64,000 nucleotides of DNA. Source: Bacteroidota bacterium. GTDB taxonomy: Bacteria > Bacteroidota > Ignavibacteria > Kryptoniales > JAKASW01. Position numbers and translations under genes: made by a program. Below, piece by piece: positions 1 through 10,054 of the stretch. Positions within the stretch are counted from its first letter, which is position 1; every line of letters starts with the position of its first letter. A model generated the notes under the pieces. That model was not told the DNA's origin, searched no databases, and worked only from the letters and a program-made list of their open reading frames with translations. Location of the stretch: positions 280 to 64,279 of the forward strand of contig JAMCXB010000028.1 in assembly GCA_023480735.1 (NCBI GenBank). Reading direction: 5' to 3'.

Positions 1-2
1 CG

Positions 3-227
3 CTGGCGAAAGCCGTTGACGCACTGGAGAAAGCGTCCGATGAACAAATGGCTGTCGTGTGGAAGGTAACAAGGGGTGAACAGCTGATTTACGAGATGCT
101 GCGGAGTGTGGTCACCCGCAACACACTGAACCACATCATCCACCACCGCGGTCAGCTGACCGTTTATCTCCGCCTGCTCGACGTGCCGGTACCGAAGACG
201 TTCGGTCCCACCGCGGACGAAAGATAG
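3..227 (+). CDS. DinB-family protein, C-terminal part (5' end lies off the window)
   Basis: Frame 3 is open from the window edge to TAG at 225-227. The translation ...NHIIHHRGQLTVYLRLLDVPVPKTFGPTADER parallels the C-terminus of the DinB paralog at 5320-5820 (INHLVHHRGQLTVYLRLNNIPVPSIYGPSADD). Confidence 0.7.
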   Translation: MAKAVDALEKASDEQMAVVWKVTRGEQLIYEMLRSVVTRNTLNHIIHHRGQLTVYLRLLDVPVPKTFGPTADER

Positions 228-517
228 CCGCTAAAAGAAATCGGAAAGAAAGCAGCACACTGACACGACGGAAACACACACGATCACAATGGATCGAATT
301 GCTATTAGTGAACCTGTCCGTGAAGGTCGGTGCCCTCTTCCGTGTTATCCGTGTGCAATAATTGAGCGTTTGGTCTACCTGCGAAGCCAACGGTTGAGCT
401 TTCTCCTGTCGCAGTAACCTGCCTCCCTGCCGGGAACCACTCCCCTTTCCCTCTCTGTTGAATGTGTGAATCCACGCCGGCAGTCCGGCATCAAATCCGC
501 GCAGAGAGGAGATAAAA

Positions 518-1453
518 ATGTCGAAGATCCCGTCTACGGGAACTGAATATAGAAAAATAAAGAGAGTATTTAAGAGCAGAGCAACACTTGAAGGGGCCGG
601 AGTGCATCTGAAACGCGCGTTCGGCTTCCACGAAGCAAAAATGTTCGACCCGTTCCTTTTACTGGATGACTTTAGGTCGAACAATCCCGAGCAGTACCTG
701 AAGGGCTTTCCATGGCATCCGCACCGCGGCATCGAGACGATAACATACGTCCTTAAAGGCGATGTCGAGCACGGCGACAGCATGGAAAACAAAGGAGTGA
801 TAAACGCCGGCGACGTGCAATGGATGACGGCCGGAAGCGGCATCATTCACCAGGAAATGCCGAAGGGCGACAACAACGGCCGAATGTACGGTTTCCAGCT
901 CTGGGCAAATTTGCCGAAGACACACAAGATGATGGACCCGCGTTACCAGGAAGTGAAGAGCGGTCAGCTCCCGGTCGTAACGAGGGAAAACGGCACTAAG
1001 ATAAAAGTGGTCGCGGGCGAAGTGGAAGGTGTCAAAGGACCCGTTACCGACATCGTGATTACGCCGCAATACCTCGACGTCACGATCCCGGCTAACGCGA
1101 GCTTCGACCTCCCGACGACCAAAGGTCGCAAGATTATCGCGTACGTTATCGACGGAAAAGGATACTTCACGCGCGAGAAGGATCTATTCTCTTATGAGAT
1201 CGAAGGCTCGGACGGATCGAAGTCCGACAGCAGCCAGATCATCGGCAATGAAAACCTGGTTTTGTTTGATGACGGAGAAGCGGTCGAAGTAACCACCTCT
1301 GCGGAGCCCGTCAGATTCCTACTGTTTTCCGGTAGGCCCATCGGCGAGCCAATCGCGTGGTACGGTCCCATAGTCATGAACCATGAAGGTGAGCTGCGGA
1401 CGGCCTTCGAAGAACTTGAGAATGGCACTTTCGTGAAGAAACACGTCCTGTAA
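518..1453 (+). CDS. pirin family protein
   Basis: 311-aa ORF. The cupin metal-site region WHPHRGIETITYVLKGDVEHGDS and QWMTAGSGIIHQEMP are typical of pirin. An AGAGGAG SD precedes the ATG. Confidence 0.93.
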   Translation: MSKIPSTGTEYRKIKRVFKSRATLEGAGVHLKRAFGFHEAKMFDPFLLLDDFRSNNPEQYLKGFPWHPHRGIETITYVLKGDVEHGDSMENKGVINAGDVQWMTAGSGIIHQEMPKGDNNGRMYGFQLWANLPKTHKMMDPRYQEVKSGQLPVVTRENGTKIKVVAGEVEGVKGPVTDIVITPQYLDVTIPANASFDLPTTKGRKIIAYVIDGKGYFTREKDLFSYEIEGSDGSKSDSSQIIGNENLVLFDDGEAVEVTTSAEPVRFLLFSGRPIGEPIAWYGPIVMNHEGELRTAFEELENGTFVKKHVL

Positions 1454-1623
1454 GAATCGTGAAACAAGACGCAGAAGGCAAAAAGGGAGACACGAGTACG
1501 CAGCTCAAGACGATGGTTGAGGAAGACTGAATTCCGGAAGCTGATTGCCGGGAACACCACGTACTGCCGTGCGTTGACTTTAGCGCCACCTGCGATTAGA
1601 TTTTTCGAGAGGACTGTACAGTC

Positions 1624-2373
1624 GTGTCTCCCGATATTCACATAGGATGCTGCGGGTGGAGTTATCTGAACGAACGAGATTTTACCGGCGAACTAACCGG
1701 GAAATATTCGTCGAAGCTCCAGGCCTATGCGAACCTTTTCGACACCGTTGAGATCAACTCCACTTTCTACCGCCTGCCGCGCTTGTCAACCGCCGAGAAA
1801 TGGCGAAGGGAAGCCGATGAAATAAATCCCGACTTCGAATTCACAGTCAAGGCGTTTAAAGGGATAACACACCTCCACCGGTTCCAGAAGAACGAGTCGC
1901 TCAACTCATTCGAGATTATTAAAGATGTTTGTTCTGCCCTGCGTGCAAGATGCGTGCTCTTTCAATCACCGGCAAGCTTCAAACCTTCTCAGGAAAACAT
2001 CGGAAACATGCGGGCGTTCTTCGACAGGATAGATAGGGCGGGCTTAGATATTGTCTGGGAACCGAGAGGGACATGGTACGACGAGCCGGGCGCGATAGAG
2101 AGCGTCTGTGCGGAGAATGAGCTGGTACATTGTGTGGACCCCTTCAGGAACGACTCCCTGACTTTCGGAAGAAACATGATAGCGTATTTCAGGCTCCATG
2201 GGTTCGGAAAGCCCACCATGTACCGATACGATTTCTCAGACGAAGAGCTTGCTCGACTCCGTCTGAAGATCGACTCTCTCAAGCCCGAGCCCCGAACGGT
2301 CTACGTTTTCTTTAACAACGAAGCGTGTTACAGGAATGGGAAAGTGTTCCGGACGACAATCGGGCAATCCTGA
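1624..2373 (+). CDS. DUF72 (YecE-like) family protein
   Basis: 249-aa ORF with a GTG start. IGCCGWSY...STFYRLP...FNNEA matches the DUF72 pattern. It ends in TGA at 2371-2373. Confidence 0.88.
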   Translation: MSPDIHIGCCGWSYLNERDFTGELTGKYSSKLQAYANLFDTVEINSTFYRLPRLSTAEKWRREADEINPDFEFTVKAFKGITHLHRFQKNESLNSFEIIKDVCSALRARCVLFQSPASFKPSQENIGNMRAFFDRIDRAGLDIVWEPRGTWYDEPGAIESVCAENELVHCVDPFRNDSLTFGRNMIAYFRLHGFGKPTMYRYDFSDEELARLRLKIDSLKPEPRTVYVFFNNEACYRNGKVFRTTIGQS

Positions 2374-2770
2374 CTGGCAAGGCGGTGAGACGATCGTACA
2401 ATGCGGCAAGTGTGAAGATATGCGTTTCGGGAAGACTCCAAATACCAACGGCTTGACCCGCAGCCTGTCCGGCAGCCTTGCGGTTTGCTCAGTTGGAATT
2501 CGTCATTTGTTTGGAGCTTTAGCGTCTGGATTTGGAGTTTTCCTCATGGCGTCGAGCTCTGAGACGAAAGCGATGAAGCGATTAGGTGCGGAGCTGCAAC
2601 AGGAAATTCTGTCGGGTTTTTCCAACTCGCGTTTTCAGCTCCAAGCCCGGGCCGTATCTTGACAGAATCGCCCTTGTATTCTTCGCTCCCACTCGATCAG
2701 TCCATCACAACACGGGGAAGAGAACGGCTCTGGAGCGAACCGTCCCTTCCCCCGCATGACAAGCTGATGT

Positions 2771-3571
2771 TTACTTACTCGAAAGCGTAACTGTACCGAC
2801 GTTTGTCGATTTGCCGTCCGTCACGCTGACATTTGTAATCGTGGTATCGTTGTACGTCGTGTCAGATGGAGTTAACTCCAGGCTATAACTTCCGGACGAA
2901 AGATAACCCACTACGAAATGTCCCGATGTGTCGGCAACGGTCGAAACGGTATCCGAAGAGTTAAAAGCCATAACGCTCGGACGGGCGCTTGCCGGGACAA
3001 CGGTTCCTTCGATTGCGCCGTTGGATGGGGTCGTGATTACCCGTATGACAGGCTTTAAAATAAACTGTGAATTGACGATGCCTCCCGCCGCAATGATGGA
3101 CTGATTGGCATTGAAGTCAAGTGTCATGACATAAGTGATGTTCGATTGAATAGTGGCGTCCACATTTAATTTCAAGCCGCTTTGCATCCCGCTGGGAATC
3201 GACAATGGGTAGCTGGCTCCCGCAATGACCACGTTCGATCCGCTTCCGACGAAGAGCCTGATCTGGGAATACTGTCCCGTCGGTACCGAGGCTTTCCCTA
3301 TCACTGCGTTGGCGCCATTTACCAACTCCAACAGGTTGTAGGTCCCCGGCGTGCTGCTAAGGGTGACCCACCCGGAGGTTGTATCGGATGATGCGATGTG
3401 CGCCTGAACGCTGTCGATAACGATATTGACCGCGTCGAAATTGCCGGGACTATCTACCATATTTATCTGAAGCGTCCCGCTTCCACTCGACGAGGTCGGG
3501 GAAGACTTGCTGCATCCGGTTACGAGCACGGCGAGAAATGCAAGCGCTATGATTACGAGAATTTTTCTCAT
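2771..3571 (-). CDS. DUF4382 domain lipoprotein
   Basis: Lipoprotein signal MRKILVIIALAFLAVLVTGCSK. INMVDSPGNFDAVNIVIDSVQAH...GTYNLLELVNG...IRLFVG matches the DUF4382 pattern. The C-terminal part is beta-rich and carboxypeptidase-regulatory-like. Confidence 0.8.
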   Translation of the reverse strand: MRKILVIIALAFLAVLVTGCSKSSPTSSSGSGTLQINMVDSPGNFDAVNIVIDSVQAHIASSDTTSGWVTLSSTPGTYNLLELVNGANAVIGKASVPTGQYSQIRLFVGSGSNVVIAGASYPLSIPSGMQSGLKLNVDATIQSNITYVMTLDFNANQSIIAAGGIVNSQFILKPVIRVITTPSNGAIEGTVVPASARPSVMAFNSSDTVSTVADTSGHFVVGYLSSGSYSLELTPSDTTYNDTTITNVSVTDGKSTNVGTVTLSSK

Positions 3572-3835
3572 TATGGTATCTCTCCTTTTATCGTTACGTA
3601 CGCAAGCAATAGTGCAAACAGCATACCCAATGAAAGACGGCCAGGAAGCGCTATTTCTGGCTTGTCACCACGGTATGAGTGAATTTGTGTGCACAGTCTG
3701 CGCATTTCCTGCGGGACTTACCGCGCATAAATTGCGCCGCAAAATGCAGTCGCCTGCGTCTTGAATTTGGTCGGACGTGTGAGTAAAATTTCAACTGCCT
3801 GTTGTCCATCACCATAACCCGAGCGAGAGGTAGAC

Positions 3836-4258
3836 ATGGAAATCAGCGTAATAGACGCCAGTAATTACTTCAAAGGGTTGCTACTCCTCATCAGAAAGGA
3901 TCACAAAGTTACCGGCGCCGAGAACGCTCTAATGGCGCGCATTGGAAAGCGGCTGGGGTTCGAAAAGGAATTCTGCGAGTCGGCGGTTCAGGAAATCCTG
4001 AAGAACAGATACATCGAAGATTCCCCACCCGAATTCTCGTCGAGAGAACTCGCCATGATGTTCGTCAGAGACGGATTAGCCCTTGCCTTCGCGGACAGTG
4101 TCATGGATTACAAAGAAGAGAAATGGCTGCGGTCCGTAGTCGATAAGAATTCACTCAGCCGACATTGGTTTGTCGAAGAACTTGTGAAAACCTCTAACCG
4201 GAAGAATGACATTGGCCATCTCGAAGTGGATGAGCTCTCCGTGTTTCATTCACCCTGA
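3836..4258 (+). CDS. hypothetical protein (possibly TerB-like fold)
   Basis: 140-aa ORF with a GAGAGG SD upstream. The coding-like composition is clean, and resemblance to TerB/DjlA N-terminal helical domains is only weak. Confidence 0.5.
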   Translation: MEISVIDASNYFKGLLLLIRKDHKVTGAENALMARIGKRLGFEKEFCESAVQEILKNRYIEDSPPEFSSRELAMMFVRDGLALAFADSVMDYKEEKWLRSVVDKNSLSRHWFVEELVKTSNRKNDIGHLEVDELSVFHSP

Positions 4259-4437
4259 AGAAGAGCATGCACATATATGCTCCTGCCGCCCGGGGAAAAT
4301 GCCTGAAGGAATTTCTATACCGAATGGACGCACCGCCTGCTCAGGCTGACGCTTCATTTTAAGGCATTCAAATAAGATCCGCGCGAGTTAAATTAAATAC
4401 GGTTCCAAGATAGAATGCACCATCGTCAAAAAGCCGA

Positions 4438-5028
4438 GTGATATCAATGAAAAGAATTTGCGTTTACTGCGCTTCGAGCAGCAAAATCGATAAATCATAT
4501 TTCGATGCGGCAGAGAGACTTGCAGTACAACTGGTCTCACACAATGTTACGGTCGTCTACGGCGGGGGCGCCGCAGGACTCATGGGGCGGATCGCGGACA
4601 CAGTCATAAAACACGGCGGCCACATCGTCGGCGTGATCCCGAAATTCATGACCGAAGTCGAATGGCAGCACGATGGCGTCCAAGAGATACACATAGTTGC
4701 CGACATGCACGAACGGAAAAAGAAGCTACTGGAAGGTACAGACGCCCTCATAGCCCTTCCCGGCGGAAGCGGAACGTTCGAAGAGCTCCTCGAAGCTATT
4801 TCGCTAAAGCGGCTCGGACTCTACACGAAGCCGATCGTGATCATGAACATCAACAACTACTACGCTCCCCTTATCGAGATGCTCGAGAAGAGCATTCGGG
4901 AGAATTTCATGTCGGAAGCCCACAGGAATATGTGGACGGTAGTTTCCGACCCGGACGAGATACTGAACGCCATCGAGAACTCGCCGGATTGGTCTGCCGA
5001 CGCAATATCATTTGCGGCTGTAAAGTAA
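4438..5028 (+). CDS. LOG family protein (TIGR00730, cytokinin riboside 5'-monophosphate phosphoribohydrolase-like)
   Basis: VYCASS...VYGGGAAGLMG...PGGSGTFEELLE motifs. The start may be the ATG at 4447. Confidence 0.9.
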   Translation: MISMKRICVYCASSSKIDKSYFDAAERLAVQLVSHNVTVVYGGGAAGLMGRIADTVIKHGGHIVGVIPKFMTEVEWQHDGVQEIHIVADMHERKKKLLEGTDALIALPGGSGTFEELLEAISLKRLGLYTKPIVIMNINNYYAPLIEMLEKSIRENFMSEAHRNMWTVVSDPDEILNAIENSPDWSADAISFAAVK

Positions 5029-5061
5029 GAGCGGCCGGAGCCACTTGCAGGAGTAGCACGT

Positions 5062-5290
5062 ATGGATGGGAACACCACAAATAATACCGGAATCACTCAC
5101 ATTTCCGACACTGCGCTCTGGGTAGCCGTCTACCGCGCAATGGAAACGAAACGCAAGGACGCACTCTTCCACGACCCGTATGCGGAAATACTCGCCGGGG
5201 ACCGCGGGAAACGGATCATTGAGAATATGAAGGACGGCAAAACAAGTGCGTGGTCAATGATCGTCCGAACAGTCGTAATTGAAGCGACGA
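5062..5290 (+). pseudogene. SAM-dependent methyltransferase (LCM / O-methyltransferase family), N-terminal ~75 codons only
   Basis: ISDTALWVAVYRAMETKRKDALFHDPYAEILAG...VRTVVIE matches the N-terminus of ~270-aa methyltransferases. Homology stops near 5285, and the remaining ORF (to 5457) is antisense to the DinB gene. Confidence 0.6.
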
Positions 5291-5319
5291 ATCCGTACAG
5301 AATCGCCGTTACGGTGCTG

Positions 5320-5820
5320 TCAGAAGCTTTTGTCGTCCGCAGATGGACCGTAGATCGATGGAACCGGAATGTTGTTGAGCCGCAGGTAGACGGTCAATTG
5401 TCCCCGGTGATGAACGAGATGGTTGATAGACGAGCCGATATTGTCCGACTTCGGTGAGCTGAAGAGGACTTCGCCTTTGTTCTTTAGAGAGAATGGTTCC
5501 GACAACGCCTCATCGGTAACATTCTGCAAGGCAATTCTCGTCCCTTTGAGATTCTCTTCGAAATGTTTGACCAGGTCTGCGGTAGTCTTCGGCTCAAAAT
5601 GTTTGAAGGTTGCAAAGTCGATTTCGGATATTTCAACGATGTCTGTTATCCATTGGGGAATTTCCGCTACGACAAGCGCAAGGTAGCCCATGCTCATCGA
5701 CTTTTCATGCGGCTTCCAGGTGAACAGGGACTCGGGGACTCTCTCCAAGCACTTCCGCGATGCCGGCGTCTCCTCTTCCAGTTCTTTCAAAAAGAATTTT
5801 CCCAACGTAATACCGTCCAT
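5320..5820 (-). CDS. DinB family protein
   Basis: Start chosen at the ATG at 5820 (MDGITLGKF...) preceded by a GAGGAGGAG SD. C-terminal HHRGQLTVYLRL motif. Confidence 0.85.
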   Translation of the reverse strand: MDGITLGKFFLKELEEETPASRKCLERVPESLFTWKPHEKSMSMGYLALVVAEIPQWITDIVEISEIDFATFKHFEPKTTADLVKHFEENLKGTRIALQNVTDEALSEPFSLKNKGEVLFSSPKSDNIGSSINHLVHHRGQLTVYLRLNNIPVPSIYGPSADDKSF

Positions 5821-5974
5821 AACGATCTCCTCCTCTAAATTACATCTCGGATAAAGATAGCCCGCGTCCATATTATTTGGTATAGAGAACTTAAGTGAAT
5901 TTCTTAAGGGGAGGACTGAAACGGACAATCAAGGCGAGAGAGAGCTTATTGAAACTATCGTTTCCCTTGACAAG

Positions 5975-6376
5975 GTGCTTCACGCTTCGCTTGAATTCGG
6001 CGGACTGACGATCCTCGCGTCCGACATAATTAGCAGGCCTGTCGGCGAAAGCAGCACCGGGAGCGGAGACGCGGCGTTGTCTCTTGACGTTTCAGATGAC
6101 AATGAGGGAAAGAGGATTTTTGATCAACTCGCCGCGGGTGGAAAAATCAACGTTAACTTCCAGAAGCAGTTCTGGGGCGCGTGGCACGGCAACCTCGTGG
6201 ACAAGTTTCGAAAGGCTCTCTCCAATAGTGGAACAGTCAGGCGGAGCGTTATGGATGCGCCAGATGACGCTTGGACCGGCGAAGGAATTTTGTCTGCATC
6301 TGAAGAGCCCGGTAACATTACCCACCACTTTCATTTCGCTTACAATATCACTGCGGGAGATCTGGTCCGGGAGTGA
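5975..6376 (+). pseudogene. VOC/PhnB-like (glyoxalase fold) gene fragment
   Basis: VLHASLEFGGLTILASD...FQKQFWGAWHGNLVDKF matches the central and C-terminal core of PhnB-type proteins. The usual ~45 N-terminal residues are absent, and the sequence after LVDKF (about 6208) no longer resembles the family. Confidence 0.5.
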
Positions 6377-6500
6377 ATGAGTACTCGTGAAATATGAGCA
6401 CCGAACGATGAAAGCTGCCTTACCCGGCTCGAGACTCGGGTTGGTGCTGAGACCTGGCTACCCGTCCAGACTCTGTCGGGACGGTGACTCCTTCTGCCGG

Positions 6501-7571
6501 TTAGCCTGTTCCTATCGTATGAAGACGGTCATAGTAATTAATCAGCCAGTCATTTGACCATCCAAACAGAGTCGTGTCAAGCATGATCTTCTTTACGTCC
6601 TTCCGGGTAATCTTAACTTCCGAAAGAATAACATCTATGTTGTTGCGGCTGGCGGCAAGTGTCCTCACGCCAAACAGCAGCGGCCACATGCAGGCGAGTC
6701 GTAATCCGTGAAGCCACTTAGGAAGATTAGTAATATAGTTCAATCCATATTGCAGATGAGTCTCTGCTTTGTCTGCCAATCGATCGACCACCTTGAGTAT
6801 CTGTGCCGCGTTGCCCGGTGATAGGAGGTTGTCGCGCGTCAACCCGAGCGGTTCATAAAACGTACGGGGCACATAGACCCACCCCCGCTCGTAGTCCTTG
6901 CGCAATCCGCGGATGATGTTCACCGTCTGCAGTGCCAGGCCGAAATGCCTTGCCAGAGGAAACAGCCGCTCCTTCCGTTCCATGATGGTGGGAGAGTACA
7001 ATGCGAAAAGGTCCGTCAAAAGATAACCTACTCGGCCCGCGACCTGGTGCATGTAGTCATCCATATCCTCTTCGGTGCGTACATCGCCGTTCTCCTGCCA
7101 GCGCGCCATACCAAGAGAGGTTTCGTTGACATTTTTCGTTATGATTTTCTGAATCGGCTGCGGAAGCCTTCTAAGTCTCTCCAGGATCTCTCCTGCGTGT
7201 CTGGCGACGTAGACCTCGGGATCGGTTTCGTCTAAGTGCTGTATCTTGCCAGTAAGGCTGTCGACAGGCATACTGTCGAGCAGCACTCGGGACCACATTC
7301 GGAGAAGGTCAGCTTTATGCGATGCCGTTAGCAGCGTGTTGTCCTCCAGGCAATCCGACACACGGTATAACAGATATGCCGTGGTAACCACGTCGCGCAG
7401 GGCCTTCGGGAGCCGCTCGATCGAAACCGCGAAAGTCCGGCTCACCGCCCTTAGCATTTCGCTCGGACGCATTCCTGCGGGTTGCGAAGGGACTTGAGAC
7501 TTCTCGCGTGACAACACCTCTGGCCCTCTTCTTTGAAGATCGACTGTCGGCTCATCAAGTTGTCCTTGCAT
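6501..7571 (-). CDS. squalene/phytoene synthase family protein (squalene-synthase-like)
   Basis: SRTFAVSIERLP...AYLLYRVSDCLED and MDDYMHQVAGRVG Asp-rich regions. The true start may be an internal Met (MRPSEML). Confidence 0.85.
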   Translation of the reverse strand: MQGQLDEPTVDLQRRGPEVLSREKSQVPSQPAGMRPSEMLRAVSRTFAVSIERLPKALRDVVTTAYLLYRVSDCLEDNTLLTASHKADLLRMWSRVLLDSMPVDSLTGKIQHLDETDPEVYVARHAGEILERLRRLPQPIQKIITKNVNETSLGMARWQENGDVRTEEDMDDYMHQVAGRVGYLLTDLFALYSPTIMERKERLFPLARHFGLALQTVNIIRGLRKDYERGWVYVPRTFYEPLGLTRDNLLSPGNAAQILKVVDRLADKAETHLQYGLNYITNLPKWLHGLRLACMWPLLFGVRTLAASRNNIDVILSEVKITRKDVKKIMLDTTLFGWSNDWLINYYDRLHTIGTG

Positions 7572-7669
7572 ACGAATTCCGTCTTTAATTCTGGGCTAAT
7601 ATAACACTCGGCAAATTGGGATGCCTAACTGGTTTCTCAACTGGGTACCTAACCGTGAATGAATGGAGA

Positions 7670-7699
7670 GCCGGCTGTCGATAGCCGGCCTTTATTTTT
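7670..7699 (+). terminator. orphan rho-independent terminator-like hairpin
   Basis: GCCGGCT-gtcgat-AGCCGGC followed by CTTTATTTTT. No plus-strand gene lies upstream. Confidence 0.5.
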
Positions 7700-7783
7700 C
7701 AAAGAGATACTCAGCTGCGGTTGTTCCTATTCTTATAGTCTCCCTTACAGAAATTGCCGGCTCATGCGAATGTCTCCTGTTTC

Positions 7784-7815
7784 AAAAAAATCCGGCGCCG
7801 GATAGCAGTTCCGGA
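7784..7815 (-). terminator. terminator of the 7859-8194 gene
   Basis: On the minus strand: CCGGAactgctaTCCGG / ATCCGGCGCCGGAT followed by TTTTTTT, 44 nt after the stop. Confidence 0.55.
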
Positions 7816-7858
7816 TGCATGGTCCGGCGCGGCCTTTCCGTGAGGTGTCTCTTCCAGG

Positions 7859-8194
7859 TCACGGAAGGCTGCTTCCCGGAAAACCACGGCAGGGGTGCAA
7901 TTCGAATGTGAAGAGTCCCGCCTTTACGCCGGGATCGTCATCCAGAATCTTCAGGGTCTCCTCCACACTCGCATCGAAGATTCCGACGCCGGCCAAATCC
8001 GTGCCGTCGTTGACCGGGCAGACCACCGGAAGCAGCCCGTCGGCATTCATGGCCATGTTCCTGCGCCCATGCTCCCAGATTATTTTGTCCGCTCCTTGTT
8101 CACTCGTTCTTGACGTCTTCTTCAGAATGACAATCGTATAGTTCCTTGCCTGCGAAAGGCGCTGACGCATGAAGTCGTCTGTAATTGTAGTCAC
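7859..8194 (-). CDS. hypothetical protein (YciI-like fold suspected)
   Basis: GTG at 8194 preceded by an AGGAGG SD 7 nt upstream. ...GLLPVVCPVNDGTDLAGVGIFDASVEETLKILDDDPGVKAGLF resembles the YciI-type pattern. Confidence 0.5.
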   Translation of the reverse strand: MTTITDDFMRQRLSQARNYTIVILKKTSRTSEQGADKIIWEHGRRNMAMNADGLLPVVCPVNDGTDLAGVGIFDASVEETLKILDDDPGVKAGLFTFELHPCRGFPGSSLP

Positions 8195-8631
8195 GGGAGA
8201 TTCCTCCTGAGGTTGGCCGCGTATAATCGGAAAGCTTGAACCTTCATACACGGTAAAACGCGGCGGCATCACCGGACGTTCCGGGAGCAGACAGGCGGCT
8301 GACTCACGGTGACGTCCGGCATTTTAAATCCGATTGCACTTTGAGATACAACAAAATAAATTCCATGCAAGGCAGATCTGGTGTAGATACCATCTGCACG
8401 TCGGATTCTTGCCAATAGAAGATCCGATGGTTGTAGCTACTCATGATAGTCCGACCATCTAACTGGCAAGCTTCCCGTTCTTTCGTTACAGCAGCACAAT
8501 ATGGCGGCCAGGGCAGCACCGGTCCTTAAATGTTTCACGTTCGAACAAGTATGATTAAATGCGGCTTCAATGCGGAAATTCATTGGAACAAAAGAATTAC
8601 CGAGTTCAACATCAAAGGAGATGCTACTAAC

Positions 8632-9888
8632 ATGGAACACAATACGTTCAAGGTCTACAACTACAGATGGTTCATTCTCGTCTTCTTCATGCTGGTCGCG
8701 GCTTTCAACCAGCTGATATGGATCACGTTCGCCCCGGTGACTGACGCAGCTGCCGCTTATTACCACGTTTCCCAGCTCGATATTGGGCTTTTGTCGATGA
8801 GTTTCATGATCGCGTTCCTGGTCTTCTCGATACCCGCATCATGGGTAATAGACACATACGGTTTTCGCGTTGCGGTGGCGATCGGTGCGGGGCTGACGGG
8901 CATTTTTGGGTTGATGCGCGGGCTGGTCGCGTCCAACTTCACGCTCGTCATGATCGCCCAGATCGGTACAGCTGTGGGGCAGCCTTTCATACTGAATGCG
9001 CTCACGAAAGTTGCCGCGCGCTGGTTTCCAATCGAGGAGCGCGCAACGGCTTCCGGCCTCGGCTCGCTGGCAATGTACCTCGGCATCCTTGTCGGGCTGG
9101 CGTTAACTCCGGACCTTACGATGAATGCCGGGTTCTCGAATATGCTGCTGTATTACGGCATCGGGGCGCTCGTGGTGGGGATCATATTCATTCTGTTTGC
9201 CCGGGAGCATCCGGCGACCCCTCCCGGTCCGCCCGAGCTGGAAGAACGTGCACTGATGTTCGACGGAATGAAACAGGTCTTGCGCAACAGCAACTTCCTG
9301 TTGCTTATGCTGATATTTTTTATCGGACTCGGAGTATTCAACAGCGTCACCACGTGGATCGAGGATATCATCAGCCCGCGCGGTTTCACTGCCACGCAGG
9401 CTGGAACGGCAGGCGGCCTCATGATAGTCGGCGGCATCGTCGGCGCACTGATACTCCCCACGATGTCGGACAAATACCGGAAAAGGGTTCCGTTTATCCT
9501 AATAGGGCTCGCCGGGACAATACCGGGTCTGATAGGAATTACTTTCGCGCACACAGGCGCATTGTTGTATACATCGTGTTTCGCCCTCGGCTTCTTCCTC
9601 CTGAGCTGCGGACCCATCGGGTTCCAGTACGGTGCGGAGATCGCGAGGCCGACTCCTGAGGGGACTTCGAACGGCTTGTTGCTGCTTATGGGACAGATAT
9701 CCGGCATAGCATTCATTTTCGGGATGGATATGTTCAGGACGGCCAGCGGTTCTATGACGCCGTCGCTCATCGTAATGGTTGCACTCGTGTTCGTGAGCCT
9801 GTTTGTAGCAATGAGGCTTCGCGAGTCGGACCTGGTTGCGAGTGCGGGCAAGCAGAGGCAACAGGCTTCGGAGGTATCAGAGGCGTGA
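8632..9888 (+). CDS. MFS transporter
   Basis: ATG at 8632 with an AAGGAG SD. About 12 predicted TM segments and a 418-aa length typical of MFS transporters. Confidence 0.9.
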   Translation: MEHNTFKVYNYRWFILVFFMLVAAFNQLIWITFAPVTDAAAAYYHVSQLDIGLLSMSFMIAFLVFSIPASWVIDTYGFRVAVAIGAGLTGIFGLMRGLVASNFTLVMIAQIGTAVGQPFILNALTKVAARWFPIEERATASGLGSLAMYLGILVGLALTPDLTMNAGFSNMLLYYGIGALVVGIIFILFAREHPATPPGPPELEERALMFDGMKQVLRNSNFLLLMLIFFIGLGVFNSVTTWIEDIISPRGFTATQAGTAGGLMIVGGIVGALILPTMSDKYRKRVPFILIGLAGTIPGLIGITFAHTGALLYTSCFALGFFLLSCGPIGFQYGAEIARPTPEGTSNGLLLLMGQISGIAFIFGMDMFRTASGSMTPSLIVMVALVFVSLFVAMRLRESDLVASAGKQRQQASEVSEA

Positions 9889-9947
9889 AACCAGCGGACC
9901 GGGCGTGGATACTATTTCACCACCATAAGCTTCTCCATCTTAAAAAC

Positions 9948-9979
9948 AGAAAGGCGACGTGTCACCACATCGCCTTTCT
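9948..9979. terminator. bidirectional terminator between the convergent MFS gene and gyrA
   Basis: AGAAAGGCGA-cgtgtcaccaca-TCGCCTTTCT (10-bp stem), flanked by an A-run upstream and T-rich sequence downstream. Confidence 0.65.
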
Positions 9980-10054
9980 TTAATCCACTTTTCTTTCTAT
10001 CTGCTGATATCTCTATTACCTATGAGCCAGGACCTATCGGCTAAGAGCTACGAA

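Noticed and set aside
136-846. A 236-aa minus-strand ORF overlapping the pirin start region.
   Set aside because: It is antisense to the well-supported pirin gene and to the DinB 3' end, and it has no motif or SD support.
2336-2662. A 108-aa plus-strand ORF overlapping the DUF72 stop.
   Set aside because: It has no SD and an odd composition, and it overlaps the end of a supported gene. The region is better explained as an intergenic or terminator region for the convergent DUF4382 gene.
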